A stretch of 64,000 nt of DNA from Diadema antillarum (taxonomy: Eukaryota). The DNA lies in the NCBI RefSeq assembly GCF_040938485.1, contig NW_027270897.1, positions 1,798,001 to 1,862,000 of the forward strand. The letters are read 5' to 3'. A program made the position numbers and the translations under genes. The notes under the pieces are model-generated. The model saw nothing but the letters and a program-made list of their open reading frames with translations, did not search any database and was not told the origin of the DNA. Below, in pieces: positions 14,301 to 29,300 of this stretch; position 1 is the first letter of the stretch; each line of letters starts with the position of its first letter.

Positions 14301-17300
14301 CATGTGGGTTGAGTGAATGCAGCAATATTAGTAGAACACATCAGTGAGAGTTTGAGGAAAATCGGACAATCCGTTCAAAAGTTATGAATTTTTGAAGTTT
14401 CTGCTCAGTCATGGCTGGATGAGAAGACTACTATAGCTTGTGATGTCATATGAGTACAACTATATAAAGAAAGTATAAAGAAAATTCAAGATATTCTCTC
14501 TTTTCTCAAATAATAAAAGAACACTCGACTTCTCTCCTTCAGCAGTCAGGAGGAATAATTACATCTAACATAAGTCAGCAAGTCGAGGAAATGTGCACTT
14601 TATTAAAAAAATCAAGTTTTGTGAAATTCTCTTTTTATTGTCCTTATATCATTGTACGCATGTGACATCATACACTGTATAGTCTTCTCCCCCAGCAGTG
14701 ATTGCACAGATATTTTAAAAATTCATAACTTTTGAACGGATTGTCGGATTTTCCCCAAACTTTTACTGATGTGTTCTACTTACATTGTTGCCTTCACTCA
14801 ATCCACATGTATATGAAGGTGAACTTGTCCTTTAAACTACATCCATGAGAGACAAGCGTTAAATTGTTTCTGTATTATTTGTCTCTTTTTCCATGTGTCA
14901 TACAGTTCACCCCACCCCTAGGCTTTGTGTGTGTGTTCCTGATCCTGGTCCTCATCAAGGAACCCAAGAGAGGCCAAGCAGAGACTGGACACCACACCAT
15001 GACAAATACCAGCTATATTGCAGACATCAAGGCACTCTGTAAAAAGTGAGTCCAGTCTTTGGTATGTTTCTGATGTCCAAAAAAAAAAATGTTGATCTTA
15101 TGATTAGTCATGAGGTGGCAGTGATGTGTTTTATAATTTTCAATGTGGAATGTTCTTGCTCACTGTAGTCCAGTATTTACTGTGTCTGTCAAACTGTTTG
15201 TTGACTACACCACTCAAGGGAAACACAAAGTAAAGTGTAGTTGTTATAGACAGTTTGAATGCAGTGACTATTGTGATAAGATATTTCCAATGTTTCATGT
15301 TACATGTATACACCATGTAAAGTCATTTGGGTTAAGTAATCAAATTGCCCTTCAGGAAAGGTGGTTGCTCTGTACAGGTTCTTAACTACACACTTTGTCT
15401 GTGTGGGAATTTCATGTGGTTGCGATACACAGCTGGTCACTAGAGTAGGTTTGACTGTACATTTACTCGGCATGCTTCTTCAAGGTTGTGTGAAACAGCC
15501 ATGTGGTGCCACACAGCTTCATGTAGGTGTCAGGTACTACCATTTTGGGCAGCCAGCTCCTGTGTTGCCAGTACTGTATCATTGGCCATGTGGGCAGCTC
15601 AATCTGAAAGAAAATCCCTGTATTGTGTTGATGGAATCTGGGGGGCATTTCATGAAGCATTTTGTCAGACAAATTTGTCAGACAAATTTGCTCCCAGCCA
15701 ATCGGATGCAAGGATTTATGTAGCTTATAACAGTTTGTCAAAAAAAATATCCGACAAAATGTTTCATGAAATGCTCCCCAGAAGTGATCTGGAAAGAACC
15801 CGCATGTGGCCATAGGGACAGCCATCAGAGGCATATACTTGGACATACATAGCACCATGCTGCTGCACTATAAAACACATCATGTGATCCCTGTGGGAAA
15901 AGTCCAATGTCCATTTTAACCCCTTGTGTACCAGATTCTCAGATTACCATAGGCTTTGTACAGGGCCCATTGGGTTCTTGAAGGCATTTTTGTTCAGTCG
16001 TACTTATGTCAGCACACAAACTTTAATGTACAGTATGATTTCAAATACATGGATATATCCACTCTGCCTTTTACTTTATGTGGTATAATCACATTTTGAT
16101 TTAATCCTTTCTTTATTCAAGAAAATGTTTTAAATACATAACCAGGTCAATTATCTCTTTAGATAATTGCAGGTACACATTGAACATACAACACAAATAA
16201 CATCCATAAGATTAATGTGCCAGTATCAACAATAATATTTAACACTAACAATCATTATAACATTTATATCAATTCTTTAAAATATATATATATGTCGGAC
16301 GTTTATAGAAACTTCACACTCCGGGCGTACCGATAATCATTCGATGTTCTGCATTTTTTTTTTCTGATTTCGTTTCGTACAAAATCAAAAATTCCATTTA
16401 CTTTCCCATTGAAAAAAAAAAAAATCTGTGGTCCTAAAAACTGAAATGAGCCTTCTTTCGGTGTATCTAATTCCATATTACATATATACAAATAAAGAAT
16501 ATTACACATATACTATACTAATCAACAAACTTTAGTAAAATGGTGTAAAAAGGTAGAAATAAATTGAGCAGATGGTAGGGCCTACAGTACAGTGTACTCT
16601 TCACTTTGTTTCTAGACCTGTAGTGTGTGCGGGCAAGTTTGATAGTGCTGCCTCAGTTTGCCTTGTGGTACATCACATGTGTACTCACATGATTAACTTG
16701 GCTGTGACGTTGTGACCATGAGTCCAAGGGAATGGTCTCAAGTTGGGCTGGATGCCAGTGTGACGCACAACTCCGTGTTAGTATACAGTGTAGTAGCATG
16801 TTATCTGTCCACCTTGAAGATGGTACTTCCTGGCAGTTTCATTCATAGAGGATTTTAGACTCGTGAAACTTTATAGAGTTGGGAAAGATTAAAGCAGGAA
16901 CTTTGATGACCTTAGGGGGAAGTTCGAGGCTTATTTTGAAGCTGTTTTGTTTTGTCAGTTCTTTGTTGTTGTGTATAGAAGTCATCAAACATGTACAGAA
17001 CGTTCTCTGTTCACAGACTTTATACACTGAACCAAAATAATGTCAGTTTACCCAGAAGGGAATTAGTTGCCTCTTTTGAGTTCCTTCTGTAGAAGAAGTT
17101 ATAGTAAATCAAGATTTAGCAGAATGCCCATTGAAGTTCTTTGTTGAATTGTGTATGGAAGTCATCAAACATGTACATTCTCTGTTCACAGACTTTGCAC
17201 AATTAGCTAGAATGATGTCAGTTTTCCCCTGTAAGGGAATTAATTGCTTCTTTTGAGTTCTTTCTGTAGAAGAAGTTATAGTAAAACAAGATTTAGCAGA

Positions 17301-20300
17301 ATACCAATTGAAGTCTTCATAATTGTGAAGGCTTTCTCAGTAGAGACAATTACTGTATTTAGAAGCTGTTATTTTTGTGAGGGTTTAATTTCCACGAATT
17401 TCGCGAATCACAGTTGGACTGCAAATTTAACAACACGCGAAAATGTCACCATACGCGAAGGTAGTAGTGCGCATATGTAGGCCTCCATGTCAATTCGTGA
17501 AAACGACATCTCTCAAAAATGTCTGTGACCTCCTCATTCACGAAAATATCTGTACACGAAAATAACAGCTTAAACAGTATCAACAGTTACACAAAAATTA
17601 CTTTCTTCCAGGAGGAAAATGATTGCTATGACATTCTGACTGTTGTCAGTGTTGTGATGAAATTACAAAGCTCTAAGTGCTTCTTAGAAAAACAGAGAAC
17701 AACTTCCTCCCCAAGCCAGGTGTGAAGTGCTCCTCAGTATTTCATGGTACAGTATTCTGACAAAATAATGATTACAGAGTATCGGGTGGAAGACCAACCC
17801 CCTCTTAGCACCTACCAGAGTCCTGCAATGTCAACACCTGCTTCCTCCCAAGAGGAAGGTGTAAATTACAAGTTTGCATTGGTCTTACAGTACAGATCAA
17901 TTGAGCATTTAATGGCTGGGATATTCTCATATTATAATCAAACCAAAGCATGTATACATTTACATTCATATTGACAGGAAACAAGGGGGTCATCTGACTC
18001 AGACGATATATGGGATAGGAGTCGATAGGAGTAGATATTCATCAAAGTCAAACCTAATCTGTACATGTTAGTAGGTATCAGAAGGGCTCAGAAGCTTTTA
18101 CAAGTAACAGTTCTAAATGATTACATACATTTATATTGTAATCCCTATGTCATTTGATCAAGTATGTTACATGTTCATGAAACACTGAGCAAAATCAAAA
18201 CGGAAAGAAAAAAAGGAATACTCATTCAAAGAATAATTTTGACACTCATGTTCATGAACCTGCACAAAGACACACAACATGCACATATGCACAAGCATCC
18301 GTTGATAGTCCCAGTGCTCTAAAGGGTTGATAAAAGAACATCTGCTGTTGTGATTTCTTCAATATGTAGTATTAAGTAGAAGGAGGGCTTTACTATGTGA
18401 GATGCACCATTAAACACCATCTGTAATTGCGGACATACGGGTCAAAGTGCAAGCCGATTGCAGCAGTGCTCATTTGAGCTCATGATAGCAACTGAAATAG
18501 AACCAGACATCTGTACCAGGAAGTGGGAATTTGTAAAGAACAGTTTGCGTGTATTGTGATGAGCTCATCATCGCACAGTTCCTTCCAGTTTAAAGAGGGC
18601 AAGGGCGTACGATAACAATCCGAGGGTCGCAGAGGAATTCTAACTTTACTTGTAGACCGGGATGATGCACCCACCATCTTTCAAAACAAACAAGCGGGAG
18701 GTTGTGAAAAAGCTAACACTGTCTCTGTCTCTGAAAACTACTTGATTGCTTTCCACCAATCAGCATCTTTCAGCACAGGAGTAGATAACAATGCGCACAG
18801 ATCATGTTTATGATTGCAGTCCTATTTTTGCTAGGTTCATTACAAGTTTGTTCACCTTACAGCTGCATTGAAAAGTTCACAGCCACATAACAGAGTGAGA
18901 ATCTTCACATAGAAGTCCCATGGTTCTCTAGTGTAAAATACAATATTTGTGATATTTCCCGAATGTCCATCAAAGGAAATATAATGAAATCTAAAATAAA
19001 ATAAAGTGTACTGACCTGACTTGTCATCAACATGCAAGCTACAGTGGATCTCAAGATGAAAGGGGTTAGAAGAAATCTTTTGGCTGAGCAAGTTATCCTT
19101 TTCTCTACTTTTCTAGATTACACAACTTTTTCTCATTATAGTCAAAGCATAGGGTATCAAGAGGAGCTATTCAAACTTTCAGCCAATCAGTGCACACACA
19201 TGTACCGTAAGTCAGCACTATGCAAATAAGTTTTCTTTCACTCTTGCTAATGTTTAAAGGACTGCAACAGGAAATATCTTTTTGGCATATATCACCATCC
19301 CATCTGGGCTTACCATGACAATTCTTTGTTTTATGCAAATGAGTTGCTGACCTCAGCTGCTTCAGCAGGCGATATACCGTCGGTGGATCAAAGCCCATAG
19401 GCTCTCAAACTTTCTTTGTGAACTCAGTAATACCTGGCACGTGCCCAGGGCAAAGTGGCACGATATCCAAATCATTCTTATGAGCCATGTGCACGTATTA
19501 GTGTCACAGAAATGACTGTTTGCTGATAATGCTATATTTACAACCTTGTCTGCTAACCTACGCAAATACCATCATTGTATGGCCCTAAATAGCCATGACT
19601 TCATTTGGGTACAAAGCTAGGTCAGTATTTAATTATGTCAAGAGGACGCTACTGTGCTTGTCAATCAAATCTTTTTTATTGATATTTTGTGGATGTTGGG
19701 GTGGGGGGGGGGGGGATACATGTAGTTTAGGTGAACGTTCTTTTGTTCTTTTGAGGCATCATCTCACAGCTATCTTTGTTTTTGTTTGCCAGATTTTGAA
19801 TCTTAATCATTTTATTTACTGTCTACATGTGTCTTATGGTATGATGAGTACAAAAAAACAAAACAAAAACCTATTTTGTAGATCTACTTTCATGTTAAAT
19901 GCATTTATGTACTGTGAGCTATTGTCAAGTGTGATTGTGAAGTAGGTTGAGCAAATGGTAATGTCTGTTGCCTCTTAGGGCAAAGTACATTTAATATTTG
20001 TCTGCACTTTTTCTTTTCCATTTAAGTTCACTTCAAAATTGATTCATGCAACCATGATTGAGTCCATTTTCATTGAGATTCATAAATAAACTTCCATTTC
20101 AGCTGAGAGCGATATAGTCAAACATGTCTGTAGCCATCGTCTATGGGGCCACCTGTCATATGCGACCACTAAACACAATTCCCCCCAAGTGAAAAGCCGT
20201 GTGAACAACTCTGTTAATAGTGGCCGCCTGTCTACAACAGCCATTTTTTTTTTCCATCTCCTTTTGGGTGGCTGCTTTTAGACAAGGTTTGACTGGTTGG

Positions 20301-23300
20301 TGTTAGAAATGTCAGCGTAGCACAGCTCAAAAATTTCAGTGAATAATGCTGATGACCAATTAGTATGAAACTTTGTTTAATGACTGTTGCTATTTTAATT
20401 ATTTTCATCATTATTACCATCATATATTATTGTCAGTTTCATTATCATTGTAATTGCAACTTTTTTGTTCATTATTTTTACAAAGTACATATACTAGAGT
20501 AAAATACCCCGTGTGCGGCAGTTTAAGGATTTTTCCACACTGTAAACAAATCAGGCAAATTATTTTCAACCATTTCCTATATCATAGACAAGATTATTCA
20601 TAAACGCTATTGTTATCGTAGAAAATTTGACCAATGACAAACGCAGTTTTCATGATTTACCAGGGCAAAACCCGGCACAATTTTCGCCAATATGCGCCGT
20701 AGTAGCTCTGCATGCGGCATGATGTACAGTCCCTGTGCAATACGCGTGTGCTCCCAATCTTCAGCTGAACGCCTTCACATGTCTCGCGAACATTGCATAA
20801 GCGCCAATTCCCATTGCGAAAGCACGTGAAAATAGCGGGCGCACATGCACTGGCTGCAAACAGGGATCGCAAGTCTGGCGGTGTTGTTGATGTCTTTCTC
20901 GCGTTTTTCTGAATTTTTTTTGTGGTAACATCCACTTTCCGAAAAAAATGGTGGCCCACGTCGGCTCGCGAAAGTTCTATTTTATGTGAGGATATGTTTT
21001 CAAAATCCATGAACGTCGGGAAAACAACAAAAAATGCAGTTTCTTAGACCCTTGTTTCTTAACTGTTATCTTAAGAAGTACAGAAAATGAAATTGTGGAT
21101 GCGATATGTTGTCATTTAGGTGAGAAAATTTCACTTTTGTCGGAGATTGTGCCCTTTTTATAGTTACTCTATTTATTGTTATTAAAAGTATCCATCATTC
21201 TGAATTCTGCATCTCTCTCGTTCTACAGCAAAAGTTACATAACCTCCACCTTTGGACTGACGACAGTGTGTTGGGTGACTGGCGCCCTCGCCCTGTGGGC
21301 TGTGGAAGCAGTGGAGGATGCCTACAGGCTGCAAGGGGAAAATCCATCTAGGCAAGTTGTAGTCTGACTTCAAAGACTACAAGCTGTTTTTGTTTACTCT
21401 ATTGGCAATGACAATGCTTTAGTAGAGATCTACTACAACAGACAGTGGTTTGAATAAATCAGTAGAATAGTACCAGAATTTCAGTGAAACTGATCTACAA
21501 AGAGGGCAGATGTATAATATTTCAAATAGAGGTTAGTAATTAATGCAGAAGTCCTGTTGGAACCTCCTTATAACCAATTTGTTCAAGTGATGTCACGTCA
21601 TTTGGCAATATATCAAATTTGTTTTGTTCAAGAATGCCAGAAATGATTATAATACTGATTAAGGTGTAAGGGCAATGTCTTCCTTTGTCTGCAGGGTCTG
21701 CACAAGCATAGTATAATGTCTCTGCTATTCAATTTTACTGATCCTGTCATATAGAGAAATTGATTGATATTTTTCAAGTAAATCTAGTTACATTTCATTC
21801 ACAAAGATTATATTGTTGCCTGCTAAGAGTCCAGGGACTGAGGCATCTTTTTCAAAGGGATGCCATAGTTGGTGGCAATCTCAGAATTGGCATTCAGTGT
21901 TAAGGACAAGCTTAAAATGTAGGACCTCTAATTACACTATCTCAATAAAAACAAAAATATTTCTTTACTGTCTGCAGAAAAAAAGAAACAACTCACAGCC
22001 CATGTGATGCTGGAAAATGGAAAAAAAAAGAAGTAAAAGAGATGTCTAAGAGGGAAGAAAGAATGTGTTTAGAATGAGAGGGGAAAAAAGACTAGAGGAG
22101 AAGTAGGAAAGAAACGGGAGGAGAAAAGAATCCTTTCTCAATCATATGGCACTGTAGTAATATTACAGTATCGAACGTGCCGTAAAGGCTGTATCTCACC
22201 AAAGAAGACGTCTCCGTGACGTCTCCAACTTATCAGTTGCAACAGTCGCGGAGACATCTCCAACATAAAAATGTCTTGCTGTCTCACCAAGGAGACGTCT
22301 CTTAGACGAGATGGCAGGTGTCAACAAATTTCAAATGTGATGGAGCCGTTTGCAGGATCACCTGACTTGATCTAGGCAGGATGTCAGCACGCAGATGGGT
22401 CACGTGGTTTCTAAAGTTCTTGCGACTCCTCGGAGACTCTGTAATTTTCAGGAGTCGTCTTGGAGACGTCGCAGAGACGTCTCTGCAACTAGCAAAATCT
22501 GGAGTCGTGAACTAGTCGCGAACTCGTTTCAGGCCCGGTGAGATACCCCCTTGAACACAGCAGCTTTACATATTCAGTTGAAAGTCCATGTACCTTGTAC
22601 AATGAAAAGCATTTACACAGCTAAACATATTCACCTTCTTGTCATGTTTCTGTTTGTCGCTGTCTGTTTGTGTGTCTATGTGTATATCTTTTTGTTTGTG
22701 TTTGTATGTATCTCTCACTCTGCAGTGTTAGCATTATCTTTGGGGTCATCACCGTGGCAGCGGGGTTCATCGGCGTTGCCACAGGAACGACGCTGGCTCA
22801 AGTGCTGCGCCGGAAGACCCGTCAGGCCGACCCCTTTGTCTGTGCAATAGGAATGTTTGTCGGTGCTCCATTCCTCTTCATCGCCCTAGAATTGTCCGAT
22901 ATATCCGTCGGTATTACATGGGTAAGGCTGGGGTGCAACGTTGTTCTGTGTCTGTGCAAGTTTCATTCCCTTGTAATCTTGGAACTGATATGTTTAAATT
23001 TGTTTTGAGCTCGATGTCATTGGGAAAAAGAGCTAAACATACGATGAAAGTTGTTATTTTCAAGATGGGATAAATTTTGTGAGAATTTCGCAAATCGCTG
23101 CAGGGCCACGAATTGAACAACAATTTAACAATCTCTGTGCACTCAGTTGGATACTATTAAGATACATGTAGAGTAAAGTGGAAGAGTGAGTGGACAGATA
23201 TTAGTGCACTTATAATAGGCTCGGTGGTAAAATGCAAAAATAAAATCTTGAAAACTGTCTTTGACCTCCCCATCCGCTTTTATAATATTGCTAATAATAG

Positions 23301-26300
23301 GTAATCAATTTTTATATTTTCATACTATGTTTACCATTGTTTAGATTTATTGTGTTCATACTGGTACTATGAGATTAGTGTTCATCAGCATCCTTTCCTT
23401 GTTTGAATATTGTACAGAAGAGCATATAGTGATATGTTTATTTTTGTGTATGTGTGTGTGTGTGTATTTGAATTTTGTTAATTTCTGTTGATTCCATTCA
23501 CATGTTGTGTTTGAAACATGTAAAGAATTCCATTTTTTGTCTTTTGAAAAGAGCATTTTAAAGAAATTCTGAGGGTTGTTTTTACTGGATGCAATGAACT
23601 ACATGTCTGTGCAGTGTGAGAAGATCCTTTGGACATTTTGTTTTGATTTGTTTCTTGTTATTTTGTTTGACACATTTTTCTTCTTTGTTTCTATTCCTCT
23701 TTCCTTTCCAGACATTTGTATTTATTGCAGAGACCTTAATTTGCCTAAACTGGGCGCTAGTTCCAGATATTCTTCTGGTGAGTAACTCTATGCAATTATC
23801 AGTGAGTTTCTGTGTCTGTGAAAATTTCCCCTCTCTATCATCAATCTTTGATAAAGTGATGAATTGATAATGGTTGTAATCTTAGATATTGAAGAAGAAG
23901 ATAAAGACATAAGAGAAGAAGAAGCAGAAGAAGAAAATGAACATGTAGAAAAGGAGATGAAAGGGAAGTAAGGAAAGGGAAAGGGAAGAAGAACTGTCGC
24001 TGCTCCCCATGTGGATGATATAGTCTGACATGTTGATAGTTGTACAGTGCATGGCAAAAGGGTTTTATTACATTGCAAACAGAGACATAGACACCACGTG
24101 GAGTGTGGCATGAAAGTTTTAGAAACCGCCCTGTCCAAAGTCTGTCTACTACCTTTTGACGTGTGAGTCAGCTCACGATGCTTTGAAGAGATCACTCAGG
24201 GTGCGATATGTCACTCTTGATTTGTAGATTGTAATACATGCACATCTGACATGATACGACTAGTTTCTCTGTGCATTGCACAACATGAGATCAACTGACA
24301 TGGTTCACTTAACCCGTTGAGGACTGTTTGATTTTGCTACAACATGCATTTCCCATAGACGCTTGCCCTAGTATACTCGGACTCGTCCTCAGCGGGTTAA
24401 AAGAACTTCTAGATTTTTCTGGATTTCTTGATTTTGCCACCTTGGTGCATGGTTTCTTTTATTCTTTCTTTTCTTTTTTGTTGTTGCAATACATGATATC
24501 AGAGTTTTGCATTTATTAAACCAACATTCTGAATAGTGACTGTAGTAGATGTTAGTTTGTCATGAAGAAGATTTCCAAATGTTTGGACTTGTACAGGGAG
24601 TGAGATTGAATGAACTCTTCAAATGGTGCAATATGGTACATGTGTTTACCACAGCAGAACTAATGAGTTAGTGTTACTATTATTTTCCTATTTAGAAGCA
24701 CATTACAAGATTTGTACAATCACTGTGCTCTTGCCAATTTTAGTAACATGGTAAGTTTCATCGTACAAAGTAATATGTAATTCATCCACTCTTGTGATGC
24801 TTTTTTTTTCTGAATGTTCAACAGTGACGGTCATTTATATACACAATGAGGAAATTGAAGGTAGACTGTTGGTAATACTTTGAAGACTCTGAAAAGATTC
24901 AATTCTTATTTCTCCTTTTTTTTCGTCCCAAAGGCGGTGCTGATACCCACGAGACGCTCCACAGGCAATGCCATCCAGATGTTAATTTCTCATCTCTGTG
25001 GAGACGCCCTCAGTCCGTGGCTTGTAGGAGCAGTGAGTCAAATTACAGTGTTTGCAATATGATGCATCATGCGTTACCCCGGGGTACTACATTGTGTAGC
25101 ACCACCTCACGTCCACTCGGGGACAGCCGCAGAGAAATGCGTGCACTGTGTGTGTGTGTACATAGTCATTCCCATGCCACTGCATGTTATACTGTGCATG
25201 CATGGTACACTGTGCTAGCAATAGCTTGTGCTTCAGTGCAGTGCAGTGGCTAGGATGCGCTAGCTCCAGCACCAAAATAATTTCCCACTTTTTGGCAACC
25301 CAGGGTACAACCTCAACAAAGAAAAATAAATAATTCAACGAAATGGCTGATTATTATTTGGAACCCCAGGGTACAATTTATGTCATCATATATTGAATAT
25401 CTTGCATTGAGGGATAGTTTACCTTCTCTGTTTCTCAGTATCTTTCTATGATCTCTTTTCAACTTGATGCAAAAAGGGGAATGTTACTTGAGATTAAATA
25501 TTTCAAATATTTGATTTAATTTTCTGAAGTTTATATCTTTTATAGATAAGAGAATAAACAAGCAATTTCATAAAAATGTCAGTTGTAGTGGTAAGAAAGT
25601 CAAGTTCATAGTGAAAAAAAAAAAGAAGAAGACAAGAGCAAGAAGAATTCAAGGGTGGTTTGGGGACAAGAAAAAATGCCAAAGTGACAAATTAGACTTA
25701 ATCCATTGAGGACGGGCTGATTTTGCTACAACGCACATTTCCTACGCTCGTATAAACACCTGCCCAGGTATACTCGGGACTCGTCCTCAACGGGTTAAAA
25801 ATGACAGCAGTTGGAATGAACATGAAGGACAGAATTTAGAAACCGCCAACGTGACCAAGTATAATTAAGAATGATAAAGATATTAGAAATATTAGAAATG
25901 TGGCTGACGCATCAAAAGTAGCAAAATATTACTGAATGAATTTGCAGGTCAGTGGGGCAGTATTTGTTGACTGGAAGTAGTGAAAACAAATTAAGAATGA
26001 AAATATCAACTTTACCTTTCTTCGAGACAGATGAATGCAATCCTAGTGATTTCTCATGTTACATTATTCTACTGTCACAGTTTTCATGCTTTTCTTCTCA
26101 GAACAACTATGCTCATATCCTTGAAGTTTGACAAAAAAAAAACACAACATCTTTGTGTATCGCCATATTCATGTGAGCAAATAGCATGTCAGATAGTGGA
26201 TCTTATCTTCTTAAATGATATTATATAGTATGCCTGTATATTGTTCAATAATAGAAGTAACAACTGAAGTCATGGAGGTAGTTTACTTTTATGCAGTCTC

Positions 26301-29300
26301 TCCATTATAAAGCTGATAAGCTTGTTCACAGACAGAGGAAGTGAACTGAGAGGCAGATTTTATTTCAGCCCTGATGAACCATCATTACGTCTTGCCTTGT
26401 GCTTGGCAAAGCCTGGCTACATACTTAGTCAGAGTGATGTAGCTGTATTGTCAGTCAAAATGTCAGTATACCATGGTAGATCTTCTGTCACTTTGTTTCA
26501 GTTTCTATGCAATGGACTGGCAAACAAGATATTGTGAGGGAGAAATATCAGAGAAGATGCTCTATCTGTCAAACAACAGTAACCCTTTACAGTAACCCTC
26601 CCCTCCCCTTCCCCCTCTCCTCCCCTCTCTTCTCCCTCTTCTCCCCTTCCCCCCCACCCCCTCCCCACTTTCCAGATTTCCGATCGTATTAGGGATGGTT
26701 TTGAAGACCACTCCAGCTACGAGGCGAAGTACACCAGCCTCGTCTACGCCTTGTTCTCTACCTGCTTCGTGATGGTGCTAGGGGGCGGGTTCTTCCTTTT
26801 CAACGCACTCTACTACGAGCAGGATAAGAAACGAGTTGAGGACATCGTAGCAAGTGAGTGCAGCCAAAATAATTGCCATTGAGTGTTGCAAGATTTATAT
26901 TTTCTTTTCCTTCTCCACCTTTGCACTGTTGTGTACAGTCTGTATCTAATTATGTTGTAGTTAAAAAAAAAAGAAGAATTAATATCAAATCATAGTCAGT
27001 ACCAAATTGTGCCAAACTTTCCAAATTCACCACCAAATTTTATCTGAAGGTGGCATGGGACTGTAGATAGCATCCAACTCTGAGCTGAAATCAAAATCAC
27101 AGAATAGGAAAAACAAAACAGCAAAAAAAAAATCCTTCAGATTTCTTTATATTATCATTATATATATATTTTTATTATTTTTTTTTTTTGGGGGGGGGGG
27201 GGATGAATGATAATAGTGTCATCTGGTTTTAAAATTCTTTGAATTATGAGGTAAGGCCATTCTGACCCAATGTAAGCTTTTTTATACCCACATTGAGTGC
27301 CATGAGTAGATTGTGGAAGACGGTCACTTTGTTTGAGGTTGTGACACTGATGCTGCTTTTTCCACACACTTTATTTGACCTATAGATAGTTTTCTATTCT
27401 TCCTTTCTTTTTTGTTAGTTCTTAGTTCAGTAGACATTTATGTATTTTGCATTGGCTAGACTTCATGGATTGAGTTGATTTCTTTTCTTTTTTTGTTGTC
27501 ATGGTTATTATCATGATATGGATAGTCCTAACCAAGCCAACCCTGCGAGCTGCCTTGAATGAGGTGGCGGTGTGGGGGGGGGGGGGGGGGGGGGGGGAGA
27601 GAAACTTGTTAGGTTCGGTTGTGAAATGAAGCTTAACCACAATCTGATGGACTACAACAGTTTCCCATGCTTTTATCTCCTGCTAAATTGAGTGTTGAAA
27701 CTATTTTTCCTCCTCCTAAATAGACCTAACTGTTTGACAGTACAGATTATAAATGATTGCATTGTTACCAGAATGATGGCTGCTTAGTGTGCACTACATG
27801 TACATGTATCTGTGGCTGAGAAGTATGATGAGTTTCCAACAAGCTATTAGGACTTTCCAGAGTAATGATAATTCTCTCTAATAGGTTTGTATGGCTGGTA
27901 TGATTCTCTCGAATAAGTTTTCATGACTGGGTTTGCGGCAGACAAAATAGTTCAGAATTATGAGATGGATGCAAGAACATACACAAACAAACAAAATCAA
28001 AAGACAAGTTAATCTGAATTCAGAGAAAGGAAATTTTTATGAAGTAAATAGGTTTTTCTTTATTTACAAGCAGTGAACTTCTCTTTTTATGATTTCATCT
28101 ACTGTAAAAGTGGAAATTTTCGCGGTGTTGAAATTTTCACGCATTTCGCGCAACCAGAAACTAGCGCGAAAATAAAAACACGTGAATAGTTTTGCTTGCC
28201 ATTACATTGTATTATGTTCCAGTAGTTGGTGTCTTGATTCCGCAGAATTAAAAATGCGCGAAACTGTTCTAACACTGCCGAACGCGAAAAATTAGTCACG
28301 CGAAAATATCCACTTTTACAGTATTTCTTTATCACAACAGAGGTAAGTTAGAGGTTAGGTGTACATATGCAATCAACAAAATTAGGCATAAATGTCCATA
28401 TTACTTTCTTCATGTATCCTAGTAAATATCAATGTCTTGAATGGAAATCACTTGAATGTATTCATCATAGCAGCATATTTATACATTATACAGTAGTTAT
28501 ACATCATCTAGTAGCTGAAATCTTGGGGAGGGGTGACATTCATACCATGACCCCCACCATCCCAGATATAAGAAGAAAAAAAAAAATGTCTATGTTTTGT
28601 ATCACAAGATGAAGGTATACTGTAGATACACATTTGGCCCAATGACACCCACTGTACCAAGTTTGGTATGAGATCTAGTTCTTGTTTGATTGAAATGCAA
28701 AAGTGAAAATGAGGACACTTTTTTTTTCTTGTCTGCCATGTTGGGTTGGTCCTGTTTTGCTACAAATTACACTTTTGACCATATTTTTTCCCCCCAAGTT
28801 GTAAAGGACTGTTTTGTAACTAGCCTTTAATAGGCTCATACATTGGAGACCCAGCACTGTAGCTCTTGGTAACCAAAATATGTATATAGCTACTCAGATG
28901 TCTTTCATTCCCTTGAATAATTGATTGGCCTACAGTTGCAAATACCCATCAGATAATTTGGAGTATGGTGTGCCAGCAATATCCCCCCCCCCCCCCCGGA
29001 AAAAAGAAGCATTAATCTTCTGAAAGGCACACAATCTGCCTATTAAACTTCTCCAAGGCTTGGATGGTTTACAAATGCACCGTGAATGAAATTGTTATCA
29101 ATTTTGTGACAATGGGAGTTAACATGTCATTTTATAGTTGATATACCAATATCAAGAGATGAAAGTGAAGTTTATCACACTTCACCATCATGCATGGGTT
29201 TTGCAGTGTCTGGTTTGAGAGTGGTCAGGAGTACTAGAAATGGAAACCTTGTGTCATTAATGGAGTGGGTGAAACCCAACAAGGAGGCTTGAGTTTTTAA

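Noticed and set aside
15361-15858. Three overlapping ORFs of 109-131 aa
   Set aside because: They span a TIR element, have no splice-compatible homology and are not recognisable
17744-17974. Possible extra SPNS1 exon in intron 5
   Set aside because: In the required phase 2 the candidate reads into a TAG after about 10 codons, and exons 5 and 6 already join without a gap
18420-18700. GC-richer stretch with a 65-aa minus-strand ORF
   Set aside because: No recognisable motif in any frame; may be a decayed TE fragment
23880-23990. Purine-rich GAA tract and similar low-complexity runs (12660-12980, 21990-22140)
   Set aside because: Simple-sequence DNA that explains the spurious S/F- or K/E-rich ORFs
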